A stretch of DNA of 20,000 nucleotides from an uncultured virus (IMG/VR IMGVR_UViG_3300028559_000027). Taxonomy: Duplodnaviria; Heunggongvirae; Uroviricota; Caudoviricetes. Each line of letters starts with the position of its first letter. Positions within the stretch are counted from its first letter, which is position 1. Positions 15,508 through 20,000 of the stretch are shown here, in pieces. A program made the position numbers and the translations under genes. Where the stretch lies: IMG/VR virus record IMGVR_UViG_3300028559_000027; one strand, given 5' to 3'. A model generated the notes under the pieces. That model saw only the letters and a program-made list of their open reading frames with translations, had not been told where the DNA came from and did no database searches.

Positions 15508-16676
15508 TTGTTTACCTCTATCATTTTTGTGCTGTATAGTTTATCCATAGCAGACTTGTGTCCACATGTTTCTAAACAATATAATAATTTACCATTCTCA
15601 ATCGTATCTGCTTTCCATCCATCTAAGAAAAACTTACTAAAGTCAGGACCTTGAATAATATCAAGCATTGATTGATTCTTTAAATTGAATACTTCTAATC
15701 CATAATCATTAATCATTTTGTTAAATTGATAACGTGAGTATGAACTATGAAATTGACCAAACACACCACCCAAGAAACAACACGGGAGCATATATCCATT
15801 TGCTGAAATGTATATTTCTTTTGACTCAGAGTGTTCGATAGATTTACAAACTATCTTAGAATTCTTTTCTAACTCTTTACTGAATTCAGGTAAGATAGGA
15901 ATAGTTAGTCTGTTCATATAACTAAAATCAACTTTTTTACCAAACAAAGGTTCTTTTCTGTGTCCGGTATACTTAGTAGGCCAAATTGTGTATTCATAGT
16001 CACCGTCTTTACCATAGACGTTCATACCACTTAGTGAATCTTCATACTCTCCGAATCCTAACGGGTTCTTAACAATGAATTCAAATCCTAACTCTTTTGC
16101 AATTGTTCTTGCTTCTTCAACTTGATGCTCATTGTGTTCAAATAATAACCATTCCCATACAGCAAATGCACCGGTCGCACTGTATGCCCTCATATTTCTG
16201 ATTAGTTTATCCCATATAACACCTCTTCGGTATATGTGATTAGTATCTTCTAATCCATCTACACTAAACACAACTCCGGCTTTACTAAACAAATGATTGT
16301 CCCTAGGCGGAGGTTGTTTCACAAAGAATTCACCTAATGTTGTCCAAAACTTTTCATTACGCATACCACTATTAGTTCTAAGTTGCTGTACTATCTTAGG
16401 TGAATGTTCTCTAAAATATTCTAATATAGGAATTAAGTCTGGTGCCATGCCTGGATCACCGACGTTTCCACAAAAGTTAATGCCTATTAAATTCTTTGCT
16501 ATTTCCACTGGAACCATACGTTTAATATCACTCAATGACAAGTCAGTTAGTTCCAAACCATCTGCAATAGGACCGCCTGAATAGTTTCTACTACATGCAG
16601 GACAACTAGCATTGCATCTACTAGACAATTCTATGTGCAATCTTTTAACGTTTTTAACTTCGTACATTCGTTCCAT
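15504..16676 (-). CDS. Radical SAM protein with C-terminal twitch/SPASM-like domain
   Basis: CNASCPAC, CGNVGDP, FSVDG..DTNHIYR, and C-terminal C...IYISANGYMLPCC...CLETC. Confidence 0.88.
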   Translation of the reverse strand: MERMYEVKNVKRLHIELSSRCNASCPACSRNYSGGPIADGLELTDLSLSDIKRMVPVEIAKNLIGINFCGNVGDPGMAPDLIPILEYFREHSPKIVQQLRTNSGMRNEKFWTTLGEFFVKQPPPRDNHLFSKAGVVFSVDGLEDTNHIYRRGVIWDKLIRNMRAYSATGAFAVWEWLLFEHNEHQVEEARTIAKELGFEFIVKNPLGFGEYEDSLSGMNVYGKDGDYEYTIWPTKYTGHRKEPLFGKKVDFSYMNRLTIPILPEFSKELEKNSKIVCKSIEHSESKEIYISANGYMLPCCFLGGVFGQFHSSYSRYQFNKMINDYGLEVFNLKNQSMLDIIQGPDFSKFFLDGWKADTIENGKLLYCLETCGHKSAMDKLYSTKMIEVNK

Positions 16677-17929
16677 TATCTTAATCCTATATATTTTGCT
16701 AAATTGTCTGGTTTGTTTCTACGCTGTGTATATTGTTCAAAGAATATATCACTGTCTTTACGTAGTTGCGGTTGGGTTTCTTTAATGAAGCCCTCGTCTA
16801 AAAACTTAAGTAATCTAGCACAATGTTCATGTTCTACTGGTAACAACTCATCTTTAATTGACTCGTAAAACTTTGTATACTTCTTAATGTAAAAGTCACG
16901 TTCTTCACGTGTTAGACAAGCAAAGCCTTGGAAGTCTGGCTTATCAACCATGTTGATTGAGATGTAAGGTTTTACTTTAGAACGATTGCGTATAGCAATG
17001 ATGTCCAAATACATTTGGTCAAGTGATTGTAACGCAATTGCACTTACTGTTGTACTTACACTAAACTCTCTGACCGTACTGTTTGCTAATCGTTCGATAT
17101 TCTCTAACCACTCAGTGTATAGCATACCCTCACGAATGAATTCTGCTGTCTCACCGGCACTTTCATTACTGATGTTCATCCGCAAGTTAGTTAATCCACT
17201 AATCTTGTCAAAGAATCTATCCATGATTACTGGCTTCTGGCAGAGGTTGCTGTGTATCACGCATTCAATGTTCGGGTTTATCTCTGTCATCATTTCAAAT
17301 ACACGAAAGACTTCTTCGTGCATCAGTGGTTCTCCACCAGAGACACGGATAGATTCTAAACTAGTAGCAACACTCTCAAACCATTCCCAGAACAATGTCA
17401 TGTCAGGTGGGTCTATCATCTCATTGAGTTCGTTGATATCTTTTTGATAATGTCTGCGGTCATCAGTAATGATGCCTTTATAAACACCATTTACTCTGAT
17501 ATCATTAGTCCAGCTTGTACTAAACTGTGGACTACAATAGCTACATGCCAAGTTGCATGTATTCTGAAAAGCTAACTCTAATGCTTTGGGCTTGAATACA
17601 TAGTTAGGGTTCTTATAATCTTCTGCTGATAAGTGATCCTTAAAGCTTAGACTCTTACGTGTTCTGTCGCTACGTAATCCTAGATTCTCATAACGCCAGC
17701 AACTATCACATGCAGGTGGTTGTTCTCCTGCTAACATTTTCTTTTGTTGTTCACGTTTTTCCGCAGGATTATAGAATGTATCTACTGTATTGCCTACTTG
17801 AATAAAAGGAGTGTAATGGCAACTGGCAATCTTACCGGAGTAAACCCAGATACTTGCCTCATGAAATTTTGCAAGACAAAACGTATCGCTTGTCTCATCT
17901 CTTATCTTAAATAGTTTCTTCTCGTCCAT
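16676..17929 (-). CDS. Radical SAM protein with N-terminal twitch-like domain
   Basis: FCLAKF...ASCH...CDSC, then CNLACSYC, GGEP and EFIR.G motifs. Confidence 0.88.
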   Translation of the reverse strand: MDEKKLFKIRDETSDTFCLAKFHEASIWVYSGKIASCHYTPFIQVGNTVDTFYNPAEKREQQKKMLAGEQPPACDSCWRYENLGLRSDRTRKSLSFKDHLSAEDYKNPNYVFKPKALELAFQNTCNLACSYCSPQFSTSWTNDIRVNGVYKGIITDDRRHYQKDINELNEMIDPPDMTLFWEWFESVATSLESIRVSGGEPLMHEEVFRVFEMMTEINPNIECVIHSNLCQKPVIMDRFFDKISGLTNLRMNISNESAGETAEFIREGMLYTEWLENIERLANSTVREFSVSTTVSAIALQSLDQMYLDIIAIRNRSKVKPYISINMVDKPDFQGFACLTREERDFYIKKYTKFYESIKDELLPVEHEHCARLLKFLDEGFIKETQPQLRKDSDIFFEQYTQRRNKPDNLAKYIGLR

Positions 17930-19257
17930 TATTTTTTGGATTTGCTATAATCAAATTCAACATTCAATTCATTGTGTATCAAATAATTCTTTATGTTTAT
18001 GTGTTCTGGATACACCTTAAAGAAATTTTGGTCACGAATTTCATCTAGCTTAGTAGTAATTTTACTAAATTCTTTCAAACTCTCATCAATTCCATTATAA
18101 TATTGACCATTTTCATCCCACATGAATTTAATTGCAGTTTCATACATACTTATGATTCCGAACGTCGGGTCTAAAGATTTTAACCAGTCAATGTTTTTTT
18201 GCAATGCTACTTCAATCTCAGTTTTCTTCCAGTTTGGGATATTTTTTAAACAATAGTATGGTGGAGTATCTAATGGATTGACCATCATATGTTCAGGTTT
18301 TAGATAACCTAAGTCTGACCATTCTCTATGAAACTCTACCAAGTTAAAAGCATTAGGCCAACTTAGTGTGTATGAAATCATAAAATGTACGTGCGGACAT
18401 TCTTCCATCATTTGTTTACGGTTCTCTACAACTTGTTTCCAATCTATACCATTACGCCAGTACTCACCCTTTTCGTGGCTACCATCTAAGCTAGCATATA
18501 CGTGTACGTTGCTGAACTTTTTCCAATACTCTAATACATTGTCGTATTTTTTTAGTTTAAAATTACTGAAGTTTGTATTGTAGCGAATCTCTAAATCGGT
18601 GTTTCCAAATTCAATTAATTTTTCAAGAACTTCATAATGTTCTTTTTGCATCAATGGCTCACCACCTGCAAAGTAAATCATCTTTGCTGTTGCAAGGTGA
18701 GGAATAATTTCTTCTAATGCTTGACCTTCAGTTTTACCCGGGAACTGATAACCGTCATCTTTATCTCGTCTTTCAGCTAAGTTGTATAACTTACGATGAT
18801 CCATTACCCAACTTGTACTAAAATGAGGGGCACAACTGCGGCAACTTAAATTACATAGATTATTATACCTAACATCAATATAGTATAGTTTGTGTTCGTC
18901 TAGTGATCCGTCTATATTAGTGCTTGCTACAATTTTTTGAATTTCTTCATCAGTGTCAAAGAACATTCTATTATATTCATTCTTATGTGCATGTCCTAAT
19001 TCTGCACGACGGTTACATATACTACAACTTGGTTCTTCTATTCCATTTAAGAAATTTAGTCGCATTTGCTTTGTTTTATCGTTATTCCAAATCTCTGCTA
19101 ATGTGTTTTCTTTAAGACTACCAATTTCGTCTTTGTTATCATAAACACAGCAAGGTTTAACGTCACCGGGAGGGCCTACGTATTGTTGTATCCACGGAAA
19201 GATGCAAAACGTTTTACTACTCTTTGCCATTTCAACTGGGTTAAAGTTATTACTCAT
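17929..19257 (-). CDS. Radical SAM protein with N-terminal twitch-like domain
   Basis: FCIFPW...GDVKPCC...IWN...CSIC, then CNLSCRSC, FAGGEP, YNTN and SLDG...EYWR.G motifs. Confidence 0.9.
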   Translation of the reverse strand: MSNNFNPVEMAKSSKTFCIFPWIQQYVGPPGDVKPCCVYDNKDEIGSLKENTLAEIWNNDKTKQMRLNFLNGIEEPSCSICNRRAELGHAHKNEYNRMFFDTDEEIQKIVASTNIDGSLDEHKLYYIDVRYNNLCNLSCRSCAPHFSTSWVMDHRKLYNLAERRDKDDGYQFPGKTEGQALEEIIPHLATAKMIYFAGGEPLMQKEHYEVLEKLIEFGNTDLEIRYNTNFSNFKLKKYDNVLEYWKKFSNVHVYASLDGSHEKGEYWRNGIDWKQVVENRKQMMEECPHVHFMISYTLSWPNAFNLVEFHREWSDLGYLKPEHMMVNPLDTPPYYCLKNIPNWKKTEIEVALQKNIDWLKSLDPTFGIISMYETAIKFMWDENGQYYNGIDESLKEFSKITTKLDEIRDQNFFKVYPEHINIKNYLIHNELNVEFDYSKSKK

Positions 19258-20000
19258 TTGTTAAATATTCTTTAAATTTTGAATCTAAGTAAGGAAATAC
19301 CTCACCAAATTGTTCTTTTCTTATATCATCAAGTAAGTTTGTCTCTACATAAAATTTTGATAGGTGGTTACTCTCATCTTCGCTGTTCATAAACAGTATT
19401 GCATCTTTCCAATGTGCGATAGTAACATCATAATTAAAATCATGTTCTTGCGTTTCTGCTAACCATTCCATGTGTTTATTAATCTTTTCAGTAACTTCTA
19501 ATTTTACGTTTGGTGGTAAAATTTTAGTTCGTAATTGAGAAGGTGCATGTAATGTGTTTAAATAAAATCCAAAAGTTTTACCATCTGGTCTTTTGAATAC
19601 ATCACTTTCGCACATGTATCTGTGTAAATCAACTGAGCCATAACAATTTAATAAACTGAATACTGCACTAATACCATAATCAGCTTTGGGCAAATATTGT
19701 TTAGCAGTTTCTATCCATTTTTTAGCAAGTTCCCAGTCAAATCCTTTACGTATATATTCTCCCTCAGTGCCCATAGCATCAATACTACCCACAATGAATA
19801 CATTGTCAAAGTGCTGTAGCATTTCAAACGCATTATAATCTTTTAAAGTATAAACGGTCAAGTTAGTATTATATCGTATTTTTGTCTGTGTTTTGCCACG
19901 TTCAACTAATAGTTTTAAAAACAAATAATGTTCTTCTTGCATCATTGGTTCGCCACCGCTGAAATGTATTTCTGTGTAGGGATCAATCATATCAATAAGA
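19250..20000 (-). CDS. Radical SAM protein, C-terminal part; N-terminus lies beyond the window
   Basis: FSGGEP, RYNTN and SIDA.G..GEYIR.G, paralogous to 17929-19257. The frame is open to the window edge; the CxxxCxxC motif is not visible. Confidence 0.8.
   Translation of the reverse strand, partial: LIDMIDPYTEIHFSGGEPMMQEEHYLFLKLLVERGKTQTKIRYNTNLTVYTLKDYNAFEMLQHFDNVFIVGSIDAMGTEGEYIRKGFDWELAKKWIETAKQYLPKADYGISAVFSLLNCYGSVDLHRYMCESDVFKRPDGKTFGFYLNTLHAPSQLRTKILPPNVKLEVTEKINKHMEWLAETQEHDFNYDVTIAHWKDAILFMNSEDESNHLSKFYVETNLLDDIRKEQFGEVFPYLDSKFKEYLTNE

Noticed and set aside
939..19144. Numerous short antisense or nested ORFs (e.g. 939-1220, 2414-2641, 2694-2936, 5686-5934, 8814-9203, 10556-10819, 16986-17447)
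   Set aside because: They lie within well-supported genes and have no motifs or translation signals, as expected for shadow ORFs.
1..20000. Stop-codon reassignment (alternative genetic code)
   Set aside because: Long genes are intact under the standard code and tile the window with tight overlaps.
1..20000. Eukaryotic giant virus origin, suggested by the glycosylation-like gene content
   Set aside because: Sigma70 promoters, SD sequences, intrinsic terminators, coupled operons and tmRNA indicate a bacterial host.

Overview
This is an AT-rich, gene-dense window with almost all genes on the minus strand, most consistent with a large dsDNA bacteriophage (T4-like or jumbo-type). It has bacterial sigma70 promoters, T4-late-like TAAATA boxes, Shine-Dalgarno sites, translationally coupled genes and no housekeeping genes. 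The left part (1-4905) is a putative early region driven by five near-consensus TTGACA-N17-TAnnnT promoters. It encodes a MoxR-like AAA+ ATPase, an HExxH metallopeptidase-vWA partner, a SAM methyltransferase and small hypothetical proteins, three of which are missing from the ORF track. The middle (4952-6245) holds a divergent pair of late-promoter genes, including a free-standing GIY-YIG/NUMOD3 endonuclease. That gene converges on a circularly permuted, two-piece tmRNA gene (tag ANDSVYSLAA*), which the ORF track does not explain. The right part (6231-20000) is a tightly coupled modification or biosynthetic cluster: five radical SAM proteins (three with an N-terminal twitch-like domain), three SGNH-fold proteins, a NodU/CmcH O-carbamoyltransferase, an unannotated 34-aa basic peptide ending DPFIYK, and a 1357-aa repeat protein with glycosyltransferase-like domains. 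All family assignments come from reading motifs by eye; no searches were run.
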